A stretch of DNA of 64,000 bases from Octopus vulgaris. Its lineage: Eukaryota. Shown piece after piece: positions 24,716 to 38,759 of the stretch (its first letter is position 1; every line of letters starts with the position of its first letter). The notes under the pieces were generated by a model. It saw nothing but the letters and a program-made list of their open reading frames with translations. It was not told where the DNA came from and did no database searches. The position numbers and the translations under genes were made by a program. The DNA lies in contig OX597816.1 in NCBI GenBank assembly GCA_951406725.2, positions 175,460,001 through 175,524,000 of the forward strand, read 5' to 3'.

Positions 24716-27551
24716 ATATATATATTTACATGAGAAAAAGGTCGTCAGGATTTGAACAAAAACTAACACTAAATAAATAGGTTTTATCCAAATCCTAACG
24801 ACTTTTTAAAAAGCATTATATAAAGTCTACACTCCTTCCGACAATCCACACACACTCTTTTTCTCTTTTACTTTCACGCACTCGCCTTCGTTTGTTTATT
24901 GCAGTCAAGTCAACGTTCGCTGTCGCACTTTTCTCTCGCCTTTTCTTACAATATTGTTTTCATCTTTTCCGTTTATTTTGTTGTGAAAGTACTTCTTAGC
25001 AGTTGAATAGGAAAAAAAAAGTCTGATTTTTGTGATTTAGTGCTAGATCTGCTAGTGAGTCGATGACCTCATGTCATGTAAGAATTAGGAGCTATGTGGA
25101 CGCTCAACTTGCTAGTAACAGCAACCAAATCTCTCAGCAAATCATACTCTGTTGTTTTAACGAAAACGGGAAAATATTGGATAAAGTAGACCGAGATAAA
25201 CTATGACTTAAGAGACAGAAAGGTCACAGTTGAGAATGACTATGATCATACGTCGTCTGCTCGACCCGGAGTAAAACAATAAGGAACCAAAGAGGGACAT
25301 TCTACATCAGCACTTCTGAAACTTTTTTTTAACTATCGCCCTCTTATTCCTTAAAGGTTGATCGCCTTTGAAAGGCTATTTGCCTACAAATCATTTCATT
25401 AATGATAAATATAATATGAATACATATCAGATGATACGTACGCATGATAAAAATTGAAAAAATGTTTGAAAATTAGAGTAATTAAAAGATCCCATTAGTG
25501 GTCTATCCCACCTTCTCCCCATTACCTATATACAAATCCACCCCCCTGCTCAAAGGGTGGGGGGTGGTATCACCCTCTTTGAGAAGCACTGATTGCTTAA
25601 ACCAACATCCTGTTTGGTTTAAAGCTCCAACCTCCCCCCTTGACGTTCCTACACACACACACACACACACACACACGCAATCTGTCCACCCTTTTTCACA
25701 ATTTCTCCAGTTATGCAGCTCAAATTCTTGACTTTAGTGTCCCCCACAAACTCAATCTATTGGTTATGTTGTCACATTCACAACACACACCTGTCTGCTT
25801 CTAAGTTTAGTCTCTTTTCACACTCATCTACTCTACGAATTATCTGCTTTAGTGTGCACTAACTTCAATATCTACTCATAACCTCTCCCCAACTTCAAAA
25901 AAGGCTGAAAATCCAAGTGGTCATCTAGTAAGGAGTTCTTTTATTCTATACACATCCAGTCACAAACCTACCTGATGCCATACTTCTTCTTTCATCTTCC
26001 AAATAATAACTTCATTAAGTATCAACAGGATTAACCACTGAAACTATACTCCCTTATCTAATCTTATACATTGCCTGGCACGCAAGCTCTGCAATGTATT
26101 GTAGACAAGTGAGCTTGGTCACTGGTCGGGTGACTGTCATTGTGAGCATCTTGATGTCTGTGACAATGTTAAGAGAGTGCTCAAGCCCATAGCCTGCCAA
26201 TTTAACTTGCTGGGTTATTTCTCTTTCCAGAATTGTGACTGAGATGAAACCTACAAGCAAGGAAAAATGTTATCTTTAATCCGGTGCCTCTTCTCTGCAG
26301 TGTATGAATACACACCACAGCTGCCTTCTGCCTTATACACTAGCTTTCACTCCCTGTTTTCAAATCTATTTTGTATACATGTACAGATGCATTTGTATGC
26401 CTGCTTGTGTTAGTGCTTATATGCTTATGTGTGTGTGGGTATATATGCTTTCAGTTCAGTTATATCTTCCCTTACTTTTGTCATCTATTAATTTAGGAAA
26501 GTCTTTATTAACCCACTTCAAATTCTCATAATCAACTCACTTTCTTTGATGTACTAACAGTAAAAATCTTTCCTTTTTATTTTTACACTTTCATGTTGCT
26601 TTCTTCTTTTTAGATATGATATTAAATGAAAATTATAATAACTATATATAAATAAGTAAATATATCTAGAGAGAATAAAGTGTTCAAATTAAGTTAAGTG
26701 TAGAATGATGAACTAAGAAGCCTTAACTGAGTGATAGAAGTAGGTGGTCTTTTCAATTTTTGCCAAGCAAATATTTCACACACACACACACACATACACA
26801 CACAACATGGCAAGGAGTAATCTCAGAGGGAATAAAGACATAACATGCAATCATGGCTTGCCCTTTGAGAAGTCATTCATCTCTGTTGAGAGTGATGAAC
26901 AGTAAGTAGTAAATATTGTAGACTATGAAAAGAATGAGAATGCGTTTCTGAAATGTTGAATATCAACACCATCATGTCCACTTTTCTGTGCTTGCATGGG
27001 TTAGAAGAATTTTGACGAAGCAGACTTTCTACTGCCATATGTCCTCCCTGTTACCAACCCTCACCTGTTTCCAAGCAAGGTATTATTTCCCTATGATTAG
27101 ACATGTTTTCAAAGATTAGAAATGAAGAACACTGGTTACATGGCGGCGATACGCATTTACAACTATCACACTCTATGTTGTGGCATGGAGACAGTAAAAC
27201 ATACACACACACATGCACACACACGCACACACACGCACACACACACGCACACACACATGATGAGCTTCTTTCAATGCCTGTCTATCAAATCCACTCACAA
27301 CGCTTTGATATCATCTACAACTGCTGTTATTATTTTTTTCATCATGTAAGCTTGAGGCAGATTCTAAAACATCAGTTATCCACTTCAACGACAGAAGTCT
27401 CTATGAAGTCAGGTGAAGAAATGATTCAATAAAATAGCTTCTATATCAGAAATTTGCATCAACCCTCAGAGATGAACTGATTTATGGAAGCAATGGTAGT
27501 TTAGTACAGTTATAAGGTGGTAAGAAACATAACATATATATATATATACAC

Positions 27552-27582
<31 letters not shown>

Positions 27583-27645
27583 TGTATATAACCCATGCTA
27601 GCATGGAAAACGGACGCTAAACGACGATGATGATGATGATGACAC

Positions 27646-27825
27646 ATCATCATCATCATCATCATCGTTTAACGTCCGCTTTCCATGCTAGCATGGGTTG
27701 GACGGGTCAACTGGGGTCTGTGAAGCCAGAAGGCTTCATCAGGCCCAGTCAGATCTGGCAGTGTTTCTACGGCTGGATGCCCTTCCTAACGCCAACCACT
27801 CCGCGAGTGTAGTGGGTGTTTTTTA
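27646..27825 (-). mobile_element. RTE LINE 3' terminus leading directly into the satellite
   Basis: (CAT)n-cgtttaacgtccgctttccatgctagcatgggttggac...ggatgcccttcctaacgccaacc. Confidence 0.85.
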
Positions 27826-30800
27826 CGTGCCACCCGCACAGGTGCCAGACAGAGCTGGCAAACGGCCACCAAACGGATGGTGCTTTTACGTGCCACCAAC
27901 ACGGGGGCCAGACAGAGCTGGCAAACGGCCACCAAACGGATGGTGCTTTTATGTGTCACCGGCACGGGGGCCAGACGATGCTGGCAACGGACACGAACGG
28001 ATGGTGCTTTTACGTGCCACCAACACGGGGGCCAGACAGAGCTGGCAAACGGCCACCAAACGGATGGTGCTTTTATGTGTCACCGGCACGGGGGCCAGAC
28101 GATGCTGGCAACGGACACGAACGGATGGTGCTTTTACGTGCCACCAACACGGGGGCCAGACAGAGCTGGCAAACGGCCACCAAACGGATGGTGCTTTTAT
28201 GTGTCACCGGCACGGGGGCCAGACGATGCTGGCAACGGACACGAACGGATGGTGCTTTTACGTGCCACCAACACGGGGGCCAGACAGGGCTGGCAAACGG
28301 CCACCAAACGGATGGTGCTTTTACGTGTCACCGGCACGGGGGCCAGACGATGCTGGCAACGGACACGAACGGATGGTGCTTTTACGTGCCACCAACACGG
28401 GGCCAGACAGAGCTGGCAAACGGCCACCAAACGGATGGTGCTTTTACGTGTCACCGGCACGGGGGCCAGACGATGCTGGCAACGGACACGAACGGATGGT
28501 GCTTTTACGTGCCACCAACACGGGGGCCAGACAGAGCTGGCAAACGGCCACCAAACGGATGGTGCTTTTATGTGTCACCGGCACGGGGGCCAGACGATGC
28601 TGGCAACGGACACGAACGGATGGTGCTTTTACGTGCCACCAACACGGGGGCCAGACAGAGCTGGCAAACGGCCACCAAACGGATGGTGCTTTTATGTGTC
28701 ACCGGCACGGGGGCCAGACGATGCTGGCAACGGACACGAACGGATGGTGCTTTTACGTGCCACCAACACGGGGGCCAGACAGAGCTGGCAAACGGCCACC
28801 AAACGGATGGTGCTTTTATGTGTCACCGGCACGGGGCCAGACGATGCTGGCAACGGACACGAACGGATGGTGCTTTTACGTGCCACCAACACGGGGGCCA
28901 GACAGAGCTGGCAAACGGCCACCAAACGGATGGTGCTTTTATGTGTCACCGGCACGGGGGCCAGACGATGCTGGCAACGGACACGAACGGATGGTGCTTT
29001 TACGTGCCACCAACACGGGGGCCAGACAGGGCTGGCAAACGGCCACCAAACGGATGGTGCTTTTACGTGTCACCGGCACGGGGGCCAGACGATGCTGGCA
29101 ACGGACACGAACGGATGGTGCTTTTACGTGCCACCAACACGGGGGCCAGACAGAGCTGGCAAACGGCCACCAAACGGATGGTGCTTTTACGTGTCACCGC
29201 ACGGGGGCCAGACGATGCTGGCAACGGACACGAACGGATGGTGCTTTTACGTGCCACCAACACGGGGGCCAGACAGGGCTGGCAAACGGCCACCAAACGG
29301 ATGGTGCTTTTATGTGTCACCGGCACGGGGGCCAGACGATGCTGGCAACGGACACGAACGGATGGTGCTTTTACGTGCCACCAACACGGGGCCAGACAGG
29401 GCTGGCAAACGGCCACCAAACGGATGGTGCTTTTATGTGTCACCGGCACGGGGGCCAGACGATGCTGGCAACGGACACGAACGGATGGTGCTTTTACGTG
29501 CCACCAACACGGGGGCCAGACAGAGCTGGCAAACGGCCACCAAACGGATGGTGCTTTTACGTGTCACCGGCACGGGGGCCATCCGAGGCTGGCAACGAAC
29601 ACGAACGGATGCTGCTTTTACGTGCCACCAACAAGGGGGCCAGACAGAGCTGGCAAACGGCCACCAAACGGATGGTGCTTTTACGTGTCACCGGCACGGG
29701 GGCCATCCGAGGCTGGCAACGAACACGAACGGATGCTGCTTTTACGTGCCACCAACACGGGGGCCAGACAGAGTTGGCAAACGGCCACCAAACGGATGGT
29801 GCTTTTATGTGTCACCGGCACGGGGGCCATCCGAGGCTGGCAACGAACACGAACGGATGGTGCTTTTACGTGCCACCAACACGGGGGCCAGACAGAGCTG
29901 GCAAACGGCCACCAAACGGATGGTGCTTTTATGTGTCACCGGCACGGGGGCCAGACGATGCTGGCAACGGACACGAAAGGATGGTGCTTTTACGTGCCAC
30001 CAACACGGGGGCCAGACAGGGCTGGCAAACGGCCACCAAACGGATGGTGCTTTTATGTGTCACCGGCACGGGGGCCAGACGATGCTGGCAACGGACATGA
30101 ACGGATGCTGCTTTTACGTGCCACCAACACGGGGGCCAGACAGGGCTGGCAAACGGCCACCAAACGGATGGTGCTTTTATGTGTCACCGGCACGGGGGCC
30201 AGACGATGCTGGCAACGGACACGAACGGATGCTGCTTTTACGTGCCACCAACACGGGGGCCAGACAGGGCTGGCAAACGGCCACCAAACGGATGGTGCTT
30301 TTATGTGTCACCGGCACGGGGGCCAGACGATGCTGGCAACGGACACGAACGGATGGTGCTTTTACGTGCCACCAACACGGGGGCCAGACAGGGCTGGCAA
30401 ACAGCCACCAAACGGATGGTGCTTTTATGTGTCACCGGCACGGGGGCCAGACGATGCTGGCAACGGACACGAACGGATGGTGCTTTTACGTGCCACCAAC
30501 ACGGGGGCCAGACAGGGCTGGCAAACGGCCACGGTTGGATGGTGCTTTTACGTGTCACCGGCACGGGGGCCAGACGAGGCTGGCAACGGACACGAACGGA
30601 TGGTGCTTTTACGTGCCACCAACACGGGGGCCAGACAGGGCTGGCAAACGGCCACCAAACGGATGGTGCTTTTATGTGTCACCGGCACGGGGGCCAGACG
30701 ATGCTGGCAACGGACACGAACGGATGGTGCTTTTACGTGCCACCAACACGGGGGCCAGACAGGGCTGGCAAACGGCCACGGTTGGATGGTGCTTTTACGT

Positions 30801-33800
30801 GTCACCGGCACGGGGGCCAGATGATGCTGGCAACGGACACGAACGGATGGTGCTTTTACGTGCCACCAACACGGGGTCCAGACAGGGCTGGCAAACGGCC
30901 ACGGTTGGATGGTGCTTTTATGTGTCACCGGCACGGGGGCCAGACGAGGCTGGCAACGGACACGAACGGATGGTGCTTTTACGTGCCACCAACACGGGGG
31001 CCAGACAGGGCTGGCAAACGGCCACCAAACGGATGGTGCTTTTACGTGTCACCGGCACGGGGGCCAGACGATGCTGGCAACGGACACGAACGGATGGTGC
31101 TTTTACGTGCCACCAACACGGGGGCCAGACAGGGCTGGCAAACGGCCACCAAACGGATGGTGCTTTTATGTGTCACCGGCACGGGGGCCAGACGATGCTG
31201 GCAACGGACACGAACGGATGGTGCTTTTACGTGCCACCAACACGGGGGCCAGACAGGGCTGGCAAACGGCCACCAAACGGATGGTGCTTTTATGTGTCAC
31301 CGGCACGGGGGCCAGACGATGCTGGCAACGGACACGAACGGATGGTGCTTTTACGTGCCACCAACACGGGGGCCAGACAGGGCTGGCAAACGGCCACCAA
31401 ACGGATGGTGCTTTTATGTGTCACCGGCACGGGGGCCAGACGATGCTGGCAACGGACACGAACGGATGGTGCTTTTACGTGCCACCAACACGGGGGCCAG
31501 ACAGAGCTGGCAAACGGCCACCAAACGGATGGTGCTTTTACGTGTCACCGGCACGGGGGCCATCCGAGGCTGGCAACGAACACGAACGGATGCTGCTTTT
31601 ACGTGCCACCAACAAGGGGGCCAGACAGAGCTGGCAAACGGCCACCAAACGGATGGTGCTTTTACGTGTCACCGGCACGGGGGCCATCCGAGGCTGGCAA
31701 CGAACACGAACGGATGCTGCTTTTACGTGCCACCAACACGGGGGCCAGACAGAGTTGGCAAACGGCCACCAAACGGATGGTGCTTTTATGTGTCACCGGC
31801 ACGGGGGCCATCCGAGGCTGGCAACGAACACGAACGGATGGTGCTTTTACGTGCCACCAACACGGGGGCCAGACAGAGCTGGCAAACGGCCACCAAACGG
31901 ATGGTGCTTTTATGTGTCACCGGCACGGGGGCCAGACGATGCTGGCAACGGACACGAAAGGATGGTGCTTTTACGTGCCACCAACACGGGGGCCAGACAG
32001 GGCTGGCAAACGGCCACCAAACGGATGGTGCTTTTATGTGTCACCGGCACGGGGGCCAGACGATGCTGGCAACGGACACGAACGGATGGTGCTTTTACGT
32101 GCCACCAACACGGGGGCCAGACAGGGCTGGCAAACGGCCACCAAACGGATGGTGCTTTTATGTGTCACCGGCACGGGGGCCAGACGATGCTGGCAACGGA
32201 CACGAACGGATGCTGCTTTTACGTGCCACCAACACGGGGGCCAGACAGGGCTGGCAAACGGCCACCAAACGGATGGTGCTTTTATGTGTCACCGGCACGG
32301 GGGCCAGACGATGCTGGCAACGGACACGAACGGATGCTGCTTTTACGTGCCACCAACACGGGGGCCAGACAGGGCTGGCAAACGGCCACCAAACGGATGG
32401 TGCTTTTATGTGTCACCGGCACGGGGGCCAGACGATGCTGGCAACGGACACGAACGGATGGTGCTTTTACGTGCCACCAACACGGGGGCCAGACAGGGCT
32501 GGCAAACAGCCACCAAACGGATGGTGCTTTTATGTGTCACCGGCACGGGGGCCAGACGATGCTGGCAACGGACACGAACGGATGGTGCTTTTACGTGCCA
32601 CCAACACGGGGGCCAGACAGGGCTGGCAAACGGCCACGGTTGGATGGTGCTTTTTACGTGTCACCGGCACGGGGGCCAGACGAGGCTGGCAACGGACACG
32701 AACGGATGGTGCTTTTACGTGCCACCAACACGGGGGCCAGACAGGGCTGGCAAACGGCCACCAAACGGATGGTGCTTTTATGTGTCACCGGCACGGGGGC
32801 CAGACGATGCTGGCAACGGACACGAACGGATGGTGCTTTTACGTGCCACCAACACGGGGGCCAGACAGGGCTGGCAAACGGCCACGGTTGGATGGTGCTT
32901 TTTACGTGTCACCGGCACGGGGGCCAGATGATGCTGGCAACGGACACGAACGGATGGTGCTTTTACGTGCCACCAACACGGGGTCCAGACAGGGCTGGCA
33001 AACGGCCACGGTTGGATGGTGCTTTTTACGTGTCACCGGCACGGGGGCCAGACGAGGCTGGCAACGGACACGAACGGATGGTGCTTTTACGTGCCACCAA
33101 CACGGGGGCCAGACAGGGCTGGCAAACGGCCACCAAACGGATGGTGCTTTTACGTGTCACCGGCACGGGGGCCAGACGATGCTGGCAACGGACACGAACG
33201 GATGGTGCTTTTACGTGCCACCAACACGGGGGCCAGACAGGGCTGGCAAACGGCCACCAAACGGATGGTGCTTTTATGTGTCACCGGCACGGGGGCCAGA
33301 CGATGCTGGCAACGGACACGAACGGATGGTGCTTTTACGTGTCACCAACACGGGGGCCAGACAGGGCTGGCAAACGGCCACCAAACGGATGGTGCTTTTA
33401 TGTGTCACCGGCACGGGGGCCAGACGATGCTGGCAACGGACACGAACGGATGGTGCTTTTACGTGCCACCAACACGGGGGCCAGACAGGGCTGGCAAACG
33501 GCCACCAAACGGATGGTGCTTTTACGTGTCACCGGCACGGGGGCCAGACGATGCTGGCAACGGACACGAACGGATGGTGCTTTTACGTGCCACCAACACG
33601 GGGGCCAGACAGCTCTGGCAAACGGCCACCAAACGGATGGTGCTTTTACGTGTCACCGGCACGGGGGCCAGACGATGCTGGCAACGGACACGAACGGATG
33701 GTGCTTTTACGTGCCACCAACACGGGGGCCAGACAGCTCTGGCAAACGGCCACGGTTGGATGGTGCTTTTATGTGTCACCGGCACGGGGGCCAGACGATG

Positions 33801-33976
33801 CTGGCAACGGACACGAACGGATGGTGCTTTTACGTGCCACCGACACGGTTGCCAGACAGAGCTGGCAAACGGCCACGAGCAGACGGTGCTTTTACGTGTC
33901 ACCGGCACAGGGGCCAGCCGATGCTGGCAACAGACACGAACGGATGGTGCTTTTACGTGCCACCGACACGGGGCCA

Positions 33977-33979
<3 letters not shown>
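27822..33979. repeat. GC-rich tandem satellite, 124-bp unit (63+61-bp related subunits), about 49-50 units
   Basis: gccagacagagctggcaaacggccaccaaacggatggtgcttttatgtgtcaccggcacgggg + gccagacgatgctggcaacggacacgaacggatggtgcttttacgtgccaccaacacgggg. Confidence 0.98.
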
Positions 33980-34025
<46 letters not shown>

Positions 34026-34179
34026 TATATACATCTGATGCCTCTTATGCCCAACTTTTCTCTTAAGACGCTTACACTCTGTCATACATGCACACTGACA
34101 TTGCACACCCAGTGAAGTATACTAACTTCATTTCTTTCAAGCCCACGCATGTATATATATATATACACATATATATTTA

Positions 34180-34322
34180 CAATGGGCTTTTTCCAATTTC
34201 TGGCTTTGGTCGGGCCGAGGCTATAGTAGGAGACACTTGCCCAAGGTGCCACACAGTGAGACTGAACCCGGAATCATGTGGTTCGTAAGCAAGCTACTTA
34301 CCACACAGCCACTCCTACGCCT
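34180..34322 (-). mobile_element. SINE family A, 5' part
   Basis: Homologous to 8306-8465. Confidence 0.8.
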
Positions 34323-35430
34323 ATATATATTATATACATATAATATATATATAACAATGCTATGTATATGTTGGCTTATATTTTTTTAAAGAGTCACTTG
34401 ACTTACCAAAATTAATTTGTAATGTATTATTCTGATAGTTGATATATCCACAAACAGTATGATAACAATGTAGTGAGTGGGCTGGAACTAAATGATGCCT
34501 GTGGCCATCTGCCAGTTTTTTTATGGTTGTAATTACAGGGAGGCTCAAAATGTCAGTAACTTCAAATGTAAAAGGAGAAATTCATGATTGCATTCAAGAA
34601 TGAATCACCAACAGGAAGTTGGATAACACAAAGAAGATATTGACCAAATTTGAAATTTGTCTTATGAAATAATACAGTAGAAAGTTAAAGTATACAGATA
34701 CAGGTAAAAATATAGAGATATAGGTTGTAAGGGACTAGAAAATGCCTACAAAAGGGAAGCACATGGTATAGAGAACTCATAAAGTATAGAATTATAGGGG
34801 TAGAAAAGAAATATGAAAATATATTGATTAATATCAATTTATTTTTATATTGGGATAATACCAAAGAAAGAATATGTTAGAGAATAATAAAAACATTATG
34901 AAAGATATATGGATTATGTTAAACAACATTATAAAAATCTCCAGTGTCAGAATAGTACAAAGCAATTTTGATAATAAGACCATTAATAAGATGGCTGATG
35001 TGATTGGTGGTTTTATTAACTTTTTATAAGTGTGGAGTGTGGAGGTGTGTGTGTGGTTTAGTGGTTAGGGTTAGGGCATTGAAGTCATGACCCTTAGATT
35101 AATTTTGATTCCTGGACCAGGCAATGCACTGTGTTCTTGAGCAAAACTTAATTTCATATTGCTCTCGTCCATTCAGCTGGCAAAAATGAGTAAAGTTACG
35201 ATGGACCAGCATCCCATCCAGGGGTGAACATATATGCCTGGGAAACTGGCTCTGTGAGTCTATATGATTTGGGAAGGAGTTTTATCCAATGTATGGAACC
35301 ATAAGTGGCAGAAAAAAAAATGAATGGCAAAGAAATAACCATTCAAGGGATTATCATATTGGGGATAGAAATTTGAGTTCACTTTTTTATAAAACAGTTG
35401 AAGAAAAAGAAATCCGACATTATTAGCAAA

Positions 35431-35943
35431 TCTATATATATAAAACTGTAGTTGTGTGAGTGTCTGTCCCCTTCGATTTAGATTCCTAACTACTCCCACA
35501 TTTTGCGGTGCAGTTTAACCAAATTCGGGTATCTTATAGTCGTGATTCATATTGAGCCCGTCTGGCTATTAGCGCGCGTCTACGATGAGTCTACGATTTA
35601 AAAAATAATTTAACATCATTTTTTATTCCATTTTAATGCATAATTTTTCGTGTGTCGATGGCGGCGGAGTTGGCGTCCATGGTCACACCTGCACCTGTTT
35701 GCTTCTCCCCCTTCTTCCCTCCCTCGTGAAGCTGTGGGGAAGGGAGTGTAAGGAAATCAACGTCGTAATGCGTTGTCAAGGAGACCAGCGTTCTTTTAGA
35801 ACAACGACTTCATGGCTTGAAGACACCAAAACAGAAATGGCTAAAAAAGCCCGAATTGGCATCTATAAGGGAAGTAACTCTCTAAAAATGCTTATATAGT
35901 TATTTCCCTTACAAACCCGAGCAACGCCGGGCGATACTGCTAG
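35431..35943 (+). mobile_element. Non-autonomous Helitron
   Basis: A|TCTATATATATAAAA...cccgagcaacgccggg hairpin...CTAG|T, no TSD; similar 3' end at about 16225-16253. Confidence 0.75.
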
Positions 35944-36472
35944 TGAAAGATAAACCATTCTAAAGAATAGTCAAGGGAGTCATTGAAAGGATTTCCAAAC
36001 CTCAAATTTCCATTTGTAATTTATCCTTTTTAACTACTGCAGCCCCAAGTAAAATGAAAATTGCAGAAGTTATACCATTATCATCATCATCGTTTAACGT
36101 CCGCTTTCCATGCTAGCATGGGTTGGACGGTTCGACTGGGGTCTGGGAAGCCAGGAGGCTGCACCAGGCTCCAGTCTGATCTGGCAGTGTTTCTACAGCT
36201 GGATGCCCTTCCTAACGCCAGATATATAAAACTAAATATAAACTTAATTTTAAAAATTACAGATCTGTTTCTTACTATCCAGATTCTCTAAGATATTGGC
36301 AGGGAGAGCGGGGAAACAGTACAATAAATAAATAAATAGATAAAAATAAAATAAAAAGACAAACCCTTAACTGAAAATCTTGACGAATTCATTGAGAAGT
36401 GCAGATCAACTTTGGTACTAATTAAAATAACTGAAATAATTACTAACTGTATAGAGATGAAAAAAGGGCTCT

Positions 36473-37575
36473 CATGGCAGAGATGTAAACAGAACCCTTC
36501 CCCCCTTTTAATTTTTTATGGAATCGCAACTTCAAAATTTCTATTCTTCTCCCCATTTCTTTATTATTATTTGCTTTTTGTGGAAATCTATTTTTGCAAA
36601 ATACATACAAAAATATGGAGATTATGATTCTGAAAACTATTGTTTGTAAAATTTCAATTTATCAAAAAAAAAAAAAAAAAAAAAGAAAGAAATATATATA
36701 TAGGCATAGGAGTGGCTGTGTGGTAAGCAGCTTGCTTACGAACCACATGGTTCTGGGTTCAGTCCCACTGTGTGGCACCTTGGGCAAAGTGTCTTCTATA
36801 GCCTTGTGAGTGGATTTGGTAGACAGAAACTGAAAGAAGCCTGTCGCATATACGTATATATATATGTATATATATGTGTGTCTGTGTTTGTCCTCCCAAC
36901 GTCGTTTGACAACTGATGCTGGTGTGTTTACATCCCCGTAATCTAGCGGTTCGGCAAAGAATAAGTCCTGGAGTTGACTTGCTCAACTAAAGGTGGTGCT
37001 CCAGCATGGCTGCAGTCAAATGACTGAAACAAGTAAAAGAGTATATATACCCCAACTCCTCCCCTCCCGATTCTATGGCCTTGGCCTTCAAGCAGGCTAT
37101 TCATATGCTAGAAATAACAGCCAAATCTCACAAAACTGCAATGACATAATGAAAGAAATATGTAATCAATCAACTCACCTTTCTGCAAAGATTTCTTTCA
37201 GAGTAATTTCCTGCAGTAATATGACAGATTTTTGTGAGATTTGGCTGTTATTTCTAGCATGTATATAGCCTGCTTGAAGGCCAAGGCCGTAGAACCACGA
37301 GGGGTGGGGGTTGGGTAATTTTTTTTTTTTTTTGAAAAATTGAAATTTTACAAACAATTGTTTTTTGAATCATAATTTCCGTATTTTTGTATATATTTCG
37401 CAAAAAAAAAATTTCCAGAAAAAGTGAAAAATGAAGAAATGGGGTGGATTGAAATTTTGAAGTTGCAATTTTTGAAAAAATTTTTCAGAATTGGTATCTC
37501 CATAGACTAAAACATAGGATTCTGTAAAAAAAGAAAATTAAAGTAGGGAAGGGTTCTGTTTACATCTCCGCCATG
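36473..37575. mobile_element. Foldback element with a SINE (36702-37040) in the left arm
   Basis: catggcagagatgtaaacagaacccttccc / gggaagggttctgtttacatctccgccatg; inner arms about 37048-37138 / 37225-37316. Confidence 0.75.
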
Positions 37576-38759
37576 TGAGCTGGAAAAAGTATGTATCAGG
37601 AGTTTTTATTGATCTCAAAAAATGCTTTTAATACCAGTGACCATAATACAATACATGATACAGTGGTGTAGCTAATAGGGGAAAAAGGGAGTGGTTCCCT
37701 TGAGTGCATTTTTCAATTGTTTTTCAACTCTAGTTCACTTGTGCAATGAAAGTTGAATTTCTTTTTATTTTGTTAATCATATGCTCTTGGAAGAACTTTC
37801 TGGTGTCATTATTTGACCAACCAACCATATTATTTAACTGTCTCTGTGATGTGTTGGTGCCCACTGACATCTGAAGACCCAAAACAAGCCCTGATGTCAT
37901 AATCTCTTGACATTGGATGATCCTGTGGAGTTTCATCGTTTTCATGTTATACCTATGTCAGTAGCTGTAAATTTCATACAAAATGATATTGCTACTGAAA
38001 CATGAAATAAATGAATGTAGAATACATTTACATATATTATAATTCATGAAATATTTTGCTGAATATTAGAGAAATGAGTTAAAAATTGTTTGGTATGTGT
38101 CACGGTGCCTTTATATCTTATGTGCTTGCTCCCATTAACTTCAGAACCTGGTTATGCTTCTGACTTGACAAACTGGAAAGATATTGTGTTATAGACTGGG
38201 CCTAATCTGTTGAGAAGCTGTTTATGAGACAGGGAACTAGTTGTAAAGATAGGTGAACATAAGCCAACATGCATGGCTATTGATTGTGGATACCTTAGGG
38301 GTTAGTATTAAGCCTGAAATTGTTCATTTTAAACATAAATAATAAATGTAGAGTATCTAAAACAGATTGTTGTTTTGGAAATTGTAAAATTAACACTAAA
38401 GTACAAGTGGTGATAATTAATGTCAGTAAAGAAACAATATATGAAAGTAAATTTTTGGGCATGATATTATGATATTAGACCACAAAATCTGTAGGAAACA
38501 TAAAAAATGAGCAAAGAACATTACAATTCTGGACCAAAAAAGCTACATTCTGGAATCTGCCACTCCATTGAGATAAAGGGGCCATGTCTGAGGGAAGAAT
38601 CCTATGAAGTAGAAGAGTTAATGCAGTGGACATTGAATGTTGTTCTTCATGATGATGCTTTTACTATCCTGTTTGTCGGGTGTAAATGCAATATTATTCA
38701 ATAAGCAAATGAAATGATAATATAAAAAAAACATCCAGTTTGAAATATGAGATTAAAAT

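Noticed and set aside
27822-33979. CRISPR-like array
   Set aside because: No unique spacers; the whole unit repeats, the context is eukaryotic and there are no cas genes
27698-34115. 800-1684-aa ORFs as protein-coding genes
   Set aside because: They result from a stop-free 124-bp tandem repeat; all frames give the same cyclic peptide and indels are tolerated freely
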